Shown here piece after piece: positions 42,641 to 57,459 of a DNA stretch of 64,000 bases. The position numbers were made by a program, and so were the translations under genes. The notes beneath the pieces were generated by a model that worked only from the letters and a program-made list of their open reading frames with translations, did no database searches and was not told the DNA's origin. This DNA is from Octopus vulgaris. Its lineage: Eukaryota. The DNA lies in the NCBI GenBank assembly GCA_951406725.2, contig OX597826.1:62062001-62126000 (forward strand), in the 5' to 3' direction. Position 1 is the first letter of the stretch; every line of letters begins with the position of its first letter.

Positions 42641-43314
42641 GTATATATAAGTGCTTATGTGTATGTGTGTATGTGGATACATGTGTATAAATACATATAT
42701 ATATATATAAACATGCGTGATTTAAGTGTATGGATATACATGTGTGTGTGTTTTTTAGTATAATTATGTATTGTTGCGTATGTATCTGTGTTCACAAGTA
42801 ATATTTTGAAGACAAAATCATTACAGTTTACATCAGTTACCAAAGTAACCATGAGGTTTGGAAATGTACAATTTTGTTTATTCTTTAGCAATTATTTGAT
42901 GACAATATTTTCTTACATTTGTTTTCAATATTGACTAATTCCTATTATCTGTAAGTTATGCTTTTTTGCAAATATATGTCGGATACAGCAGTCTTTCTGG
43001 TAGAAAACACATTTTATATTTTACGAAGGTGAAAGGTCGGCTCCAACGATATTCCTATGTTCATTTTTATTGCTTTGTTAGAGGAAAAAATAAAGTGTCT
43101 ATGACAATTTTGTGTTTTTCAGACGCTGGAAGAAGAAAGAAGACAGTTATCTTCATGGTCTGAATGGCTGCTGAAGAATAGATCCCTAAAGACAACCATA
43201 AGAGCAACTGATGCTGTTAATAATAGATTTGGTGTCTGTCTAGCACTGGAAAGCAGCAAAGTTTTCGTCTCAGAGCGTTCCATCATTTCACTCCCAAGAG
43301 TTAGTGCTCTAATG

Positions 43315-43504
43315 CTGTGCTCCGCAACTGTATGCTGCGGTACACTGGTGTGCTATAAGACGATGTTAGATGTGCCGCAGAGTAACCTGAATATAATCTT
43401 TCCCCTACACTTTTAGTTATATTTTTAGATCAGGTGTGCTGCCGAATTTTGAAAAGAATATAAGTATACTGCTAGTGAAAAAAGGTTGCGAACACGGAAC
43501 ACTG
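43315..43504. mobile_element. hAT-like MITE, degenerate
   Basis: Termini ctgtgctccgcaac / ggttgcg..ggaacactg; tgtgccgc-type subterminal motifs; TSD-like ctctaatg / ttctaatt. Confidence 0.55.
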
Positions 43505-43634
43505 TTCTAATTGTGTGATAGACAACGCTCCTTTAGTGTAACATGTATTCGATTTACGCCTGAAGTTTCGATGATTTGGGATGTCATGTAGTCCTTGCAG
43601 GTACCAGACACAGAAATTTTGAAATGTATGTATG

Positions 43635-43885
43635 TTATTATTTACTTTTATTTCAAGATTATTTTTATAGAGCCGGTTTCTAACCTAAATCCAAGGCTCC
43701 TTCGCTGGAATTTCAACAATATTAGCGGAGTATTTTTGCACGTATGTGTGTGTGCGCAGTATATAAATTTACTGCATGTTCAGATTTGCAACTCTTGTTG
43801 TATGGATGCTTTCTCATGCCTACAGTTGCAGTCTAGACATGTGCATATATACTTCAGTGGTAAACTTCTGGAAAGCTTTACAAAT
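43635..43885 (-). mobile_element. R4/Dong-like LINE extreme 3' end in (CATA)n
   Basis: Minus strand ICKAFQKF (compare KICKAFLKF at ~24320) followed by a 3' UTR ending aataataa|catacataca. Confidence 0.6.
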
Positions 43886-43894
43886 GAATGTAGG

Positions 43895-43920
43895 TATGTG
43901 TGTGTATGTATATATGTATG

Positions 43921-43954
<34 letters not shown>

Positions 43955-44203
43955 TGTATGTATGTATGTATGCATGTATGTATGTATGTATGTAAGTATG
44001 TAAGTATGTATGTATGTATGTATGTATGCATGTATGTATCTGTGTAAGTATGTAAGTATGTATGTATGTATGTATGTATGTATGTATGCATGTATGTATG
44101 TATGTAAGTATGTAAGTATGTATGTATGTATGTATGTATGCATGTATGTATGTATGTATGTATGTATGTATGTATGTATGTATGTATGTATGTATATACG
44201 TAT
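43895..44203. repeat. (TATG)n microsatellite with internal higher-order duplication
   Basis: tgtaagtatgtaagtatg variant block recurs three times. Confidence 0.95.
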
Positions 44204-44234
44204 GTAATGACAATGAAAAGTCTACAGGAGTAAC

Positions 44235-44655
44235 TCTTTCTCTTTCTCTTTTACTTGTTTCAGTCATTTGACTGCGGCCATGCTGGAGCACCGCCTTTAA
44301 TCGAGCACCTCGACCCCGGAACTTATTCTATAGTAAGCCCAGTACTTATTCTATCGGTCTCTTTTGCCGAACCGCTAAGTGACGGGGACACAAACACACC
44401 ATCATCGGTTGTCAAGCGATGTTGGGGGGGACAAACACAGACACACAAACACACACATGCATACATATATATATAGATATATACATATATACGACGGGCT
44501 TCTTTCAGTTTCCGTCTACCAAATCCACTCACAGGGCTTTGGTCGGCCCGAGGCTATAGTAGAAGACACTTGCCCAAGGTGCCACGCAGTGGGACTGAAC
44601 CCGGAACCATGTGGTTGGTAGACAGGCTACATACCACACAGCCACTCCTGCGCCT
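44235..44655 (-). mobile_element. SINE-B full length
   Basis: High identity to 12721-13173; possible TSD gtaac. Confidence 0.9.
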
Positions 44656-46448
44656 ATGTAACATGTATTTACATTTTCCCAAGTAAAATTATCTTCTTTT
44701 CTAACATAAATGAAACTAAAACTTCGAAGTGTCATAATTCAATGCATTTATATATCACCTCTTTTCCAATAAAGTAAGCGATATTATCATTATTGTTGAT
44801 GTGATTGTTGTTGTTGCTGTTGTCAGTTATGTTTAAGATGAGGTTTTTTAGTACCAGATCAGAATTCATCGATCAGTCATTAAGGAAAAGCTATCTTAGT
44901 TACAGCCATGCAATCTGGTTTATTTCCTAGTAATGGATATACTAGCAAACTTGCTTGTTATGCCACACTGGGGAAACATAAGCAGAATTGGTTTACTCCT
45001 GCCGAGCAGAAAATGGCAAAAGAAGATACATCCAAAAACATTTGAAACGCATAGTTTATTCACGTGGTTTGTCAAATGTGATTCTCGGAGTATCGATAGT
45101 GAGAAATGTCGCCCTTCAGCAAGTAAATTTACATCTCACTGTTACTGCGTGTATATATATTGATATATATTCGTGCATTTGAAGACGTCCAATGAATAAG
45201 AATAGATAAATAGCAGACAATGGATGATGTAATAGAAGCAATTTTACCACAGAACAGACAATAATAGAAATAATTTAGGGTAATTTTTCTTCATTATTTG
45301 CACAGCTAAGTTGAGCTGCGGAAGCGTGCTGGGTTGACACTTCATAGATCTATAGATGAAAACTACCCTCTGCAAAGAAATAGATACTGTATTAAATATT
45401 TATACATTGCATGGCGTCCAGCTGGCGGAACCGTATGCCTGCCGGGCAAAATGCTTAACGTGTCAAAAACACGAGTACTAGTCAGAGACTGAGGTCGATG
45501 TCATCAGTTTACCCCCTGCCACGTATTTTCTGGGCTTGTGCTAAAATGTGAAACCAATATTTGTATAACACACGGCTGCGAATTGGCAGAACAGTTAGTT
45601 CGCCGGGGAAAATGCCTAGCAGCATTTCTTCTGTCTTTAGGTTCTGCGTTCAAATGCCGCCGGGGTTGACTTTTATCCCGAAATTGCTGGCCTCCTGCCA
45701 AAATTTGAATAATCGCAATAAGAAGTGTGTATGTATATATATATATACTTGCTAGTTTTATGAAAATAAGGATGATTCAAATTTTGACACAAGGCCATCA
45801 ATTTCAAGGGAGGGACTTTGCCGATGAAGTCAACTCAAGTGCTCAGCTGGTACATATATTATCGACCTCGAAACGATTATACATATGCACGATCAAGAGG
45901 TCAAGATGTCAAGGAGAGGGTAGGGGTGAAGAAACAACAGGGCTTCTCGTTTAAAAATGTAGGATACATCATCATTTAACGTCCGCCTTCCATGCTGGCA
46001 TGGGAAAAAACGTATATTTGTCCATGTGTTTCGATGTTTCAAGATGGTACCGCGATATATGAGGTGGAATTATCTGCTATTTCTAACTGATCAGTCGACA
46101 ATGTACGTCCTCTAAGTTGGTTTCTGTGCTGTGCATGCTTATCCACGCGAAAATATATTTCAAAACAATAAATTAAAATATAAATCATCAGTTTGATTGA
46201 AGTTCTTGGCCAGTGGAATAATAGAGATATACATTGAAAAAAAAAAAAAAACTTACAGCATTATATATGCATGTCATTACATATTTTATATGTATCTTGT
46301 TTGCATATCTCTCTCTCTCTCTCATACTATGAGCCTGTGCGTGCGTGTTTGTACACACTCATACATACGCATAAATATCTTACTTATTTATATATAAACA
46401 AATGAGTCTCTCTTTGTCTGTTTGTTTCTCTCTCCACCCTCTCAATGC

Positions 46449-46505
<57 letters not shown>

Positions 46506-46568
46506 CAGATATATATATATACATATGTATATATATATAATTATACACACACACACACACATATATAT

Positions 46569-46661
<93 letters not shown>

Positions 46662-46684
46662 CACACATACACACACATACACAC

Positions 46685-46715
<31 letters not shown>

Positions 46716-47432
46716 TGCACTCACATATATATTTATGTGTATGTGTGCAAAATTACTATTTCCAAAATATTTGGATATTATATGGGTATCATTCCAATCG
46801 CTGCACCCACTTTGTTGTTCTAATCATTATATATGCTGTGGATTTTTTTCTTTTTTCTTTCTTGCTTTTACTAGTGAAACATCAATAACCTCTCAACCTT
46901 GACAATAAATGTGTTTGTGTTGAAATTGAAATCTATACTGTAAATTTTCCAGATACAATGGGTGGTTACGGAGGACTTCGTTCTGGATATAATCACACGT
47001 TTAGTATGAATATATTTTTGTTCATCTATGTAAAAGTATTATTTTTTGTAAGTTTTATTTTAAAAGTTTAACGTGCAAACCTGCCAGCCTGTGTGTGATT
47101 GTTTGACTGGTTAAAATTAACAGCCATAGCTACCTCAAAATCTGTCTTAACGTTTTCTTAAAGAAAATGGCTCGTAAGATTATGTGCTCAAAGATACATT
47201 TACTTATTACTTCATCTTGAAGGTAAGTCTGTTCAATATTGACTGACTACAACAACTACTTAAAAAAAAAAAATTAACATATCCATTGAAGAATCTGCCT
47301 TGTCGCTCGATCTGCTGGAAATGCTAGCTATATTCCATCAACTCCAATATCGTCTGTCTTCAAAAGTGTGAGAGGTTAACTGTAAGTTTCGGGGTTCAAT
47401 CTAAACGAGGTTAGTGGGTAGCAATAAAAACT

Positions 47433-47850
47433 CCACCGCTACCCACTAGCCTCGATGACCTTAAACATCGAATAACAATAGCGATCAATTCAGTGGATTA
47501 TGATATGCTGAACCACGTCCGGGAGGAATTATCTTATTGTATTGATGTTGCCCGTGCTGCAGGTGGTGGCCACATTGGACACTTGTAAGACATGAAATAC
47601 AAGTTGAATGTGAGTAAATACTTGTGACTTAGCTGGAGCTTCCCAATTTTTTTTTTTTTCTTTTTACTTGTTTCAGTCATTTGACTGCGGCCATGCTGGA
47701 GCACCGCCTTTAGTCGATCAAATCGACCCCGGGACTTATTCTTTGTAAGCCCAGTACTTATTCTATCGGTCTCTTTTGCCGAACCGCTAAGTGACGGGGA
47801 CGTAAACACATCAGCATCGGTTGTCAAGCAATACTAGGGGGACACACACA

Positions 47851-47899
<49 letters not shown>

Positions 47900-48136
47900 A
47901 TACATATATACGACAGGCTTCTTTCAGTTTCCGTCTACCAAATCCACTCACAAGGCATTGGTCGGCCCGGGGCTATAGCAGAAGACACTTGCCCAAGATG
48001 CCACGCAGTGGGACTGGACCCAGAACCATGTGGTTGGTAAGCAAGCTACTTACCACACAGCCACTCCTGCGCCTATTGCTTTTCTTTATTAAAATATTAC
48101 GTAATGAAATCGGTTCATTCTTTTTGAATAACCCTG
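47433..48136 (+). mobile_element. mariner/Tc1-superfamily transposon 3' end, interrupted by SINE-B
   Basis: 47433-47588 PPLPTSLDDLKHRITIAINSVDYDMLNHVREELSYCIDVARAAGGGHIGHL*; TIR-like end ...gaataaccctg|TA. Confidence 0.8.
47650..48074 (-). mobile_element. SINE-B full length
   Basis: High identity to 12721-13173. Confidence 0.9.
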
Positions 48137-50729
48137 TATATAATATATATACATATATATTTACTTAAACGAAATACAGTTGATGTTATGGAGGTCAGAG
48201 TTGAGCTAATAGATTTATGACAAACATGTTTCAAACGTGAAGATTCTGTCCTTTACTGACACAAAGAATGATTTATCATTATATTATCCAATGTGTTCTT
48301 CGTTTTTTTAACGATGTCAGTTTCTTGTGGAATATTTAGCTCCTATTTGTAGCAACAACAGTTATCTTATTCAGGTATCATCTGTTACTGTTTAAAAATC
48401 AGCCCCAACTGTGCAGATCTATGATCAAATATATAATACCTTTGACCGTTATTTAGGAGTACATTATCCAATGTGTCCTTTTCAAGATATCAAATCACCC
48501 ACCACTTCTGTTATTGCTGATTTTGTTTTCGCTTAGCCTCAAGTCAGCTCTGATTAAATGGAACTATAATCAAATCTGTTCCGACGCAACCATCTCCTTT
48601 TTTATTGTGGTGGGGGAGTATCTAGAAAAAATATTATCTAAATTGTTCTTCTTTTCTTCAAGTGATTTATTATGTAATTTGAGGAAGATGTAACTGCTGT
48701 TTTTATTAGTCTTACTGACAACGTAGTGAATCTTTTACTTAACGCCTGTAAAAACACTTGGTTAGTGTTTTATCATATTGTTAATTTGCAATATTTCAGT
48801 AAAATATGTTAAAACTAAATAAAATCCGAAATCAATTAATTAATGTTCAAGAAGTACTTGAAATACAAAGAACTCGCCTTCAGTTTTCTCTTTGAAATTA
48901 CGCCGTTAGCGGAAGTGGATGAGGAAAGCCTTACATCTTCAGTAGCAAACTTGACGTTCATCAAAAATTGGAAACTTTTCAGAGAATGTTTTCTGTTAAT
49001 TAGTTTTATTCTTGGTTTATAGGAACTGTTATTGCTGTTGTTGTTTAGCCCCAGGTTAGCCATGTTCGAGTAGACATGAAAAATGGCATCACCTGGTCCT
49101 ATCAAATTAACAACCTTCTAATACATTACCAAACATCGTTTAACGATTTATAAGAGTGTAGCGTATGACGTAATTCAAAAACTTAGCTGCAATTTCTTGT
49201 AGATTCACTGATCACATTCCAGCCCACACATTGGATTGACATGCGTGAATAGTAATTTCTAAGAAAGGCTGAATTTAACTATATTTTGTGGTATGTAAGC
49301 AGTTTGAGATACCTTATGTTGTTGAACTTAGAAGGAATATGAACAATGTCGGCCTCGGCAGGTTTCGAGTGCGGGGAAGAACATGACAAAAAACTATGCG
49401 GTATTTTCGTCAACTCCCTTGTAGATTTGACCATATTGTTAATATTGATTTCGACTCCGTATTGTTAATATTGATTTCAACTGAATATTGTAAATATTGA
49501 TTTCAAATTTTGGCATAAGGCCAGAAAATTCGGATGAGGAGTAAGTCGATAGCATCGACTTCAATACTCAACTGGTACTTAGTTTAACGACCCCGGAAAG
49601 ATGAAAAGCAAAGTTGACCGCGTCGGAATTTGAACTTGAAGACGGGCAAAATGCCACTCGTTGTTATTGTTTAACTTTATACTGGATCATGATCAAAGAA
49701 ACATCTCAGTAAAGATCTTCAAATGATAGCAATCCCTGCATTCTTTTTTCTTTTTCCCTTTTTGGCGGGGTGTATTCGGGACTGTTTATACTGGTCTATA
49801 TTTCAGCCGTTTGTGTATAATATGCAAGATATTTCGTAAGTTATATTTAGCAAACGGAAGAAACTTGTCGAATCTTACACAAAGTATTACATTTATTTGT
49901 AGCTAACACCTCAGTGTAATTACAACTAGACAGCATGTCTCAACGATATCCACAGCATATATTGTTGTCTCTGCAGCAACAGACCTCGACTTTGACACGA
50001 TATCTTCGCACTTGTGATTTCTGATATATTTACACCTTATATATGCATGATTCTTCATTTTTGTTTGTTTCTTTGAAGTGGAAACATATTCGTTATTTCT
50101 TTCACGGTTTGCAATTTTTACTCCATGTTCGACAAGGTGTAAATACCGAATATTATTTTTTTCTCTCAGTTTATTTTACTGCAAGCAAATATGCGTTATG
50201 AAAACAAAGCATAAAAAAGAAACAAACAGGTAAAAGCATTAATGTAAATGGTCGCAAGTATGGCTGTATGTTTAAGAAATTTATTTTCCAGCCACATCAT
50301 CTCACTTTTCGAATCCAATGTGCAATATGTCGGGGGATATCTTCTATTGTTGATTTGATTTGTGTTAGATATTTCGCAGATGGAAAGTGTATGCGTATAT
50401 AAATGATTGCTTTAGCATTTCCATAATTTTAGCAACGAATCAATTTTTGAGAGAATGGTTTCTATCTACGATTGCATTATCATAGTATTGTGGCTACACA
50501 GAATATTGAAGCTGGTTGTTTAAGCCAACATAGCTTCATGCTTTGTCAGGTGAAGAAACGCCTTGCGATATGTGTTCCAGTTCTTACTCTCAGAGCTCAA
50601 ATCTCGCCATGCTAAACTTTTCCTTCCATCACTCGGCGGTTAATAAACTGCACTACCTATCAAGTATCGTTTCAGCTAATCCTTTTCTTCAATTCCAGGT
50701 CTTGTGTCTCCATAAGGAATAGTTATTCC

Positions 50730-50780
<51 letters not shown>

Positions 50781-52610
50781 TCGAAGTTAAGTGGAAACCA
50801 GTGTACTCTCGGAAAAATGTATGCTAAGTATTACGTAGATATTGCAACGAATAATACAGACAAATGACCGGTACATTTAGTTAATTCCCAAATGTCTAAA
50901 CATTACCCATTAACTAATTATATTTCTCAATTAAACATAAATTACATCGTTTTAAAGTTATGAATTGGGGAAGCTTTGTTTAAAATAGACTTCATAACAT
51001 TAATATTTTTTTCTGGTTGATGAGTTTCGAGAAATGTGTAGAAGTTTGCTTGTGACGATATTGGTACGATAAAATTTATTTCATTTGGCCGGTATAAGAA
51101 AAAGTATAACCTTTCTATCGGCTGCAGTGCAGTGGGAGCGATACTCTATGTAGTTATTCGGTATCTAGCAATCTAAGTTCCACGTCTCAGCCATACCTTG
51201 ATTTCAGTCATTGTTTTGCTTGTTCTATTCATGATTCGGCCAGAGATTCTAGTGTTATGCAACGATATAATATTTCGTATAGACGGAGTTTTAGAAAACT
51301 TTCCTATCATTCTGGCAGAATAATGTATGTAGCGTGCTGTCTTTCTGGAGCCTTTCTTAAGAAATCGATTCAAATATCGTATTTGATAGCATATAAAACG
51401 CATTGTTTTTCTCCTACAACAATTGCCTCCGATCGCTAGTCCCGGTCCAACATGCAAAGTTAGGCCTCTCATAACATTTAATGCGCTAATCATTTTTTTC
51501 CGAATAGGTGCTGCTGAAATTAGGGCTATAAATTAGGTTTTATATAAGTATCCATGAATCTTTTATGCTATGGAATACGATAAATCGTATTTATATCTCT
51601 GGTGCATGATTTTTGTTGTTGTTTGAAATGAGTGAGCTATATGTTTTGTAGATTTAGGCGCTGAGAAATGTTGCCACGGCGAAGTATGGGCAATTAATGT
51701 GTTTACCGTGACCTAAAACATATAGAGTTTTTAATGCTTTGTCGAGGGAAAACATAGATCAAACTCGAGAACACTAGGAAAGATGGAGGGAAATAATCTA
51801 TGGTTTATAAGCTGGGACAAGTAGATGGGATCGCATTATGAAATCGAATAATCGTTAGCGAGTGTATGGTGTCGATCCTTGCAGTGATAGTGACTCCGGT
51901 AAACTCATCCATGCACCAGGTTGTATTATTAAAGTGCGCTTCGTTTTGCATTTACCAACTTATACAGCAGGCAGAAAATCAAGTAAAGGATTCCATACGA
52001 TCCGCATATTCATATGTCTGTGCGTGTGTTCATAGCTGCGTACGGGTATGTGTTTGCGCATGCATAGTTATATACGTGTATACATTCACACCTAACTATT
52101 AATCAATCAAGGTACTGGAACGAAACTCTTGTCCTCTTAGTATCTGAAAATCCTTGAATAATAACAATGTAGGTATTTTATTTCACATATTGCGCTGTAT
52201 AACTTTTCTTTTTACACAGATAATATACGTAACATATATTCACATAAACATCACACATACATACTTGCGGGCAATTAGTTACACGCATACCTCACAAAGT
52301 ATACATTTGAATATATATGTCTATATCTTCATCTACACCTATCTCTACCTATCTATACCATTCTCTCTCTCTTCCTCTCCCCATATATATGTATATATGT
52401 ATATATGTGTATATGTATATATGTATATATATATATACATATATACATATACATAAACATATGTGTATGTGTGTGCACTATATATATTATATTATTTATA
52501 CATGTATATATATGTAAATATATGTATATATATACATACATATATATATATATTTATATTTATGTATATATTATGTATATGTATATATATATATTCATGT
52601 ATATATTATG

Positions 52611-52657
<47 letters not shown>

Positions 52658-53375
52658 ATGTATATACATATACGTGTGTGTATGTGTGTGTACAATATAA
52701 AGGCCTCATCACAAAGTAAAATACATATAGAATCCGATGAAAGTTTTTAAAATTCCCCTCAGGTAAGAAAAAAAATAACGTACAGAATGCATCCTTAGGA
52801 ACTAGTGCTATATCAAAAAAGAAAAAAATCTCCGATATAATTCCTTTCACAGAAGTCATTTCTCATTTATTAGTTAGGTTTCTATCAGTGCAAGCTCCCT
52901 AAACTGTAAGTTCTTATTAGCAAACATCTTATCTCTGTATCAATAACCAAAACCAAAACCAAAAGTATTTATTTATTTAACGAACAAAAACGCGGAAGGT
53001 GGAATGCTGGTGTGGTGTGGCGTGTACATGGGTGTTCTTGGGATTGATGAAGGAGAGACGAAGGGTTTACGAGCTGCTTTCACAAGCGATGAGAATCAAA
53101 TTGTTGACGTTGGAGAATGAATGAATGAATGAAAAGAAGGGGAAAAGAGAGAAAAAAAAAGAACATACGCGAATGATACAGAAAAGGGAAATACATAAAA
53201 AAAAAATAAAAATAAGGACTTGCTATGTTTCAGAGATAGAAAGAAAGGAACAAAGAATGGGAATATGAATAGCTTTTTACAAAGTTTTGAGAATCAAGTT
53301 GTAGACGTTGAAGAGAGGAAGAAATGAAGAAGGAAAAAAAAAAAGGTGAGACAAATATATTAGAATGAAGTAGGG

Positions 53376-53417
<42 letters not shown>

Positions 53418-53667
53418 GTAAGAAAACGTGAACAAACAAACAGAAAATGAATCAGAAATGATGCGAAAGGTGAAGATGAGAATAAAAGGGAAATAGGAAT
53501 ATAATATAGCGTAAGACTTTACCATTATTTCACTTTCCACACCACAATAAAAGAAATAAGATAATTAAATATATAAATAACAGTGCTAGAAGGACAGGTA
53601 TCGGTATTCTATAAGACTGTGAGAGTAAATAAACGAAATATGTAAGAATCAATATATCATGTTCGTT

Positions 53668-53716
<49 letters not shown>

Positions 53717-54609
53717 CAGCAGCGTTTTTGGCAAGGTTCATCGGTACAGTGTTATAACAAAATAATCATGAAAATATGGAAAAAACGAGTGGTTTTGTGA
53801 GGAGAAATTTTATCATAACGATTCTTATTAGTTTTTAATCGATTCTACCCAATGGGATTATTGTTAATAAAATAATTGAACTAATCTCAACATTCGAAGT
53901 CTTTCAGTTTAATGTAAGAAGTTGTATTTGTTATCAGTGTTATGGTCAATATTCTCGTTGCCAAACTTGCGACATGATACGCACAAGAGGTTAGATTCTC
54001 GGTAGCAAAACTATATATTGTCGAGAGAAAATACTATGACACTAGCGATATAAAGCAGAATAGCTACCTGTTGAACGTGTAGAAGTGATATCCATCCGAG
54101 ACCTTATTACCCGAAGAAGCTATAAAAATAGCAGGGGAGTACGAACATCACCAAATCCATCAACAGTAAGTCTCAGATATAACTAACTTCATAAATCCGC
54201 TTGTCACATAACTATAGATCCAAACTTGGCCGAAAAGTTACCCCGTTTTCAGAACTGGAAATCGAGCACATGCGTTTCCCTTTTCCGTCTAGGATTTTTA
54301 ATGTTATATATTTTATATGAATGTTCGGGTGGAATTGGAAGCCTATGGTGAGAATGTTTCAAGTGCATCAAAGAGAAAAACATCCTAAACGTTCGGACTC
54401 TATACGGACACACCAAAATTTATCTGGCTTATTATGTAAGGAATATTTAGTGTTAGTATATCAAAGATTTTGTTCCCGCATTTAGATATTCATTGAGACT
54501 GAGGGTATATTGATACTACAATCTTGAAAGAAAGCTTATCGAGAGCATATTCATATATTTTTATTAAAATACATTTATATTTTACTGGATTAGAATTGTT
54601 TTTATTATT

Positions 54610-55020
54610 CCTATTTCTTTATTGCCCACAAGCGGCTAAACATAGAGGGAACAGACAAAGGCAGACAAAGGGATTATGTCGATTATATCGACCCCAGTGC
54701 GTCACTGGTACTTATCGACCCCAAAAGGATGAAGGGCAAAGTCGACCGCGGCGGAATTCGAACTCAGAACGTAGCGGCAGACGAAATACCTATTTCTTTA
54801 CTACCCACAAGGGGCTAAACACAGAGAGGACAAACAAGGACAGACAAATGGATCAAGTCGATTACATCGACCCCAGTGCTTAACTGATACTTATTTAATC
54901 GACCCCGAAAGGATGAAAGGCAAAGTTGACCTCGGCGGAATTTGAACTCAGAATGTAAAGACAGACAAAATACCGGTAAGCATTTCGCCCGGCGTGCTAA
55001 CGGATCTGCCAGCTCGCCGC
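54610..55020 (-). mobile_element. SINE-A dimer
   Basis: Same gaaatacc|tatttcttt junction at 54790. Confidence 0.9.
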
Positions 55021-56208
55021 ACAAATACCTCTCGCATACTTTATATGTCATGGTACAACATGATAGGATTTGAACTCATAATTAAAAAGAGCCAAAAGAA
55101 ATGCAAGATATTTCACCCCCGATGTTCTAACGGTTCAGCCAATCAAAAGCCAGAAGACAAGCAGTAAACAATAATGATAACTGAGATGTAGAATAATAAG
55201 AGGAGTGATGGTTTTATAACAGACGTTCATAAAGACGGGCTCTTTTTATTTAAATGTCTTTCCTTCAATCTGAAGTAGTTACGATAGAAATAAACATAAC
55301 GATATCTTAAATTTCTTCAACTGACGACGACTTCCTACTCTGTTAAGATTTGTGAAAGATATTAAGTAAACGTGTTTTCTGTCCAAACTCTTCAGACATC
55401 AGCGATAAGAAACTTTTATTATTTTTATTTGATGGTTCATTCACGTAATGGGAGTTATTTGTTGTATGGGGTTAGACAAAGTTTACAGAGAAACAACATT
55501 TATGAGAATATAAGAATTAAAAATATTGTTTTTCTCATTTACGGAATTGATATGGACAATACGATTATGAATGAAGAGAAAGAGGAAATACAATATGCAT
55601 ACATACCTACCTACACATTTATAGGATGTGTGTAGTTTTAACACACAGACACACACATACACACACACACACACACACAACACACATATTTCTATATATA
55701 TATAGAGGGAGAGAGAAAGAGAAAGTGAGTGTGACATACATACACACATATACTTACATATATAACTATATATACATCAACTTTTTCCGTCGAAACGGAT
55801 TTAGCTCAGTATAAAGTGATCTAACATAGTTATATTTGCATCCTAACAATTTCGTAGCAGACATTTACGTCCATATTTATCCAAACTTATAAATTATGAT
55901 GTATAGGTAACCAAACTTCATTTTACCGTTGTACGATTAAAGTTTCTCCTCTGGTTAAAAGTCTGTGGTGGGATGGGGGTGGAGGGCACATCGCTATAAA
56001 AACAATAAAAACGTGTTTCGATTCCCTTGGATAGCTTTTAGCGGTTTCTTTTCTATACTTTCGGAAATGTTCACCCCATATTTTCTGAATGATTAATGAT
56101 AGGGAGATTTTCATTCAAACAAATTGGCAAACGTTACTTTTTTACTTGCATACACAAATGTATACTCAAACAAGATATGTTGGAGTGCATTCACATGTAA
56201 CTACGGTT

Positions 56209-56249
<41 letters not shown>

Positions 56250-56689
56250 CATATGTATATTATATATATTTCTTTGTTTCCCGGTTTCCTTGGCGTATAG
56301 GTTCCCCACCTGGACGGGAGGCGGGTCTGTCACAGGTTTGCTGCAAGATGCAGAAGGAAAGAATGAGAGAAAGTTGTGGCGAAAGAGACAGCAGAACTTC
56401 GCCATTACCTTCTGCCGCCCGGTCTCAGGTTCGAACCCGCGAGTCGATTATGATCGACTAAAGTGCTTTGCTGGTACTTATTTTATCCGCGCTGAAAGGA
56501 TAAACGGCGAAGTTCACAACGATGGAACTTGAACTCAAAACCTACAGATTGATGAAATTCCGCGAAGCATGTTTTCTCGGGTGTGCTAAGAGTTCTGCCC
56601 GCTTATCGCCTCCGTAAAAATGAATTTATATAATTGGAATAAACACCAACACTAGCAGAGATGCATAGGACTTATAGTAGATAGTGGAG

Positions 56690-57005
56690 ATTTCTTCATC
56701 GCGGTATTGTGCCCACCACACTGGAAACCACGGAAAGCCTATAATGAAGGAGATGTAAGTGACTGCAGAATATGAGGAAATGGGAAAGACTAAATTAACT
56801 GCATTATCTGAGACTGCTCAGTTTTAGCCATGAAAATTATAGTCACAGACATGAATGGAGAGGGGGTGGAGAAATACACTGAAAGGCTTGTTACGAAGAG
56901 AAAAGTAACGTATAGAGAAAAGCTTGATATTTTGTCAGAGAATATCAGAGAAATCATACTCTGCGATATGCTAATAGATATACGAACAGAGAGACCAAGG
57001 TACGT
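56690..57005 (+). mobile_element. Decayed R4/Dong-like LINE fragment (CCHC knuckle region)
   Basis: DCRI*GNGKD*INCII*DCSVLA...ENIREIILCDMLI resembles CR.CG...ET..HI.S.C..LA...EN...ILWD. Confidence 0.45.
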
Positions 57006-57323
57006 GGCAAGCAATTTTCGGAAGTTGATCCCAACGACCTCAGTATACAACTGGTAGTTGTTTTATTGCTATTCGAAAGGATGAAAGTCAAAGACGCCCT
57101 CGGCGAAAATTGAACTCTGAACCTATGGACAGACGAATTACATCGAAACATTTATTGTACATTAATATCAGTTTTAAATTTTGGCGCAAGGTCAGCAGGT
57201 TCAGAGTGGGAAGTGGGCTAGGCCGAGTATATAGACGCCAGTGCTAAACTGGTACTTATTTTTTCCAGCTTCGAAAAGATGAAGCGCAAAGTCGACCTCG
57301 GAAAGGTTTGAAGTTAGAACGTA

Positions 57324-57445
57324 AAGGCGGACAAAATGTTGCTAAACAGTTTGTCCGGCGTGCTTACGATTCTATATATATATATATATATATATAGAAT
57401 CGTAAGCACGCCTGACAAACTGTTTAGCAACATTTTATCCGTCTT
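57324..57445. repeat. Palindrome centred on (TA)n, ~49-bp arms from a SINE-A head
   Basis: aaggcggacaaaatgttgctaaacag...acgattc(ta)n gaatcgt...ctgtttagcaacattttatccgtctt. Confidence 0.9.
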
Positions 57446-57459
57446 ATATATATATATAT

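Noticed and set aside
48836-49020. Open frames on both strands with a faint hAT dimerisation-domain resemblance
   Set aside because: Similarity is too weak to call and no TIRs were found
49434-49505. Three ~26-bp direct repeats (attgttaatattgatttc...) resembling a mini CRISPR
   Set aside because: Simple tandem duplication at a SINE tail with no unique spacers or cas genes; eukaryotic context
54060-54175. Possible exon ending in CA|GTAAGT
   Set aside because: No polypyrimidine acceptor and no recognisable peptide; cannot be supported without RNA data
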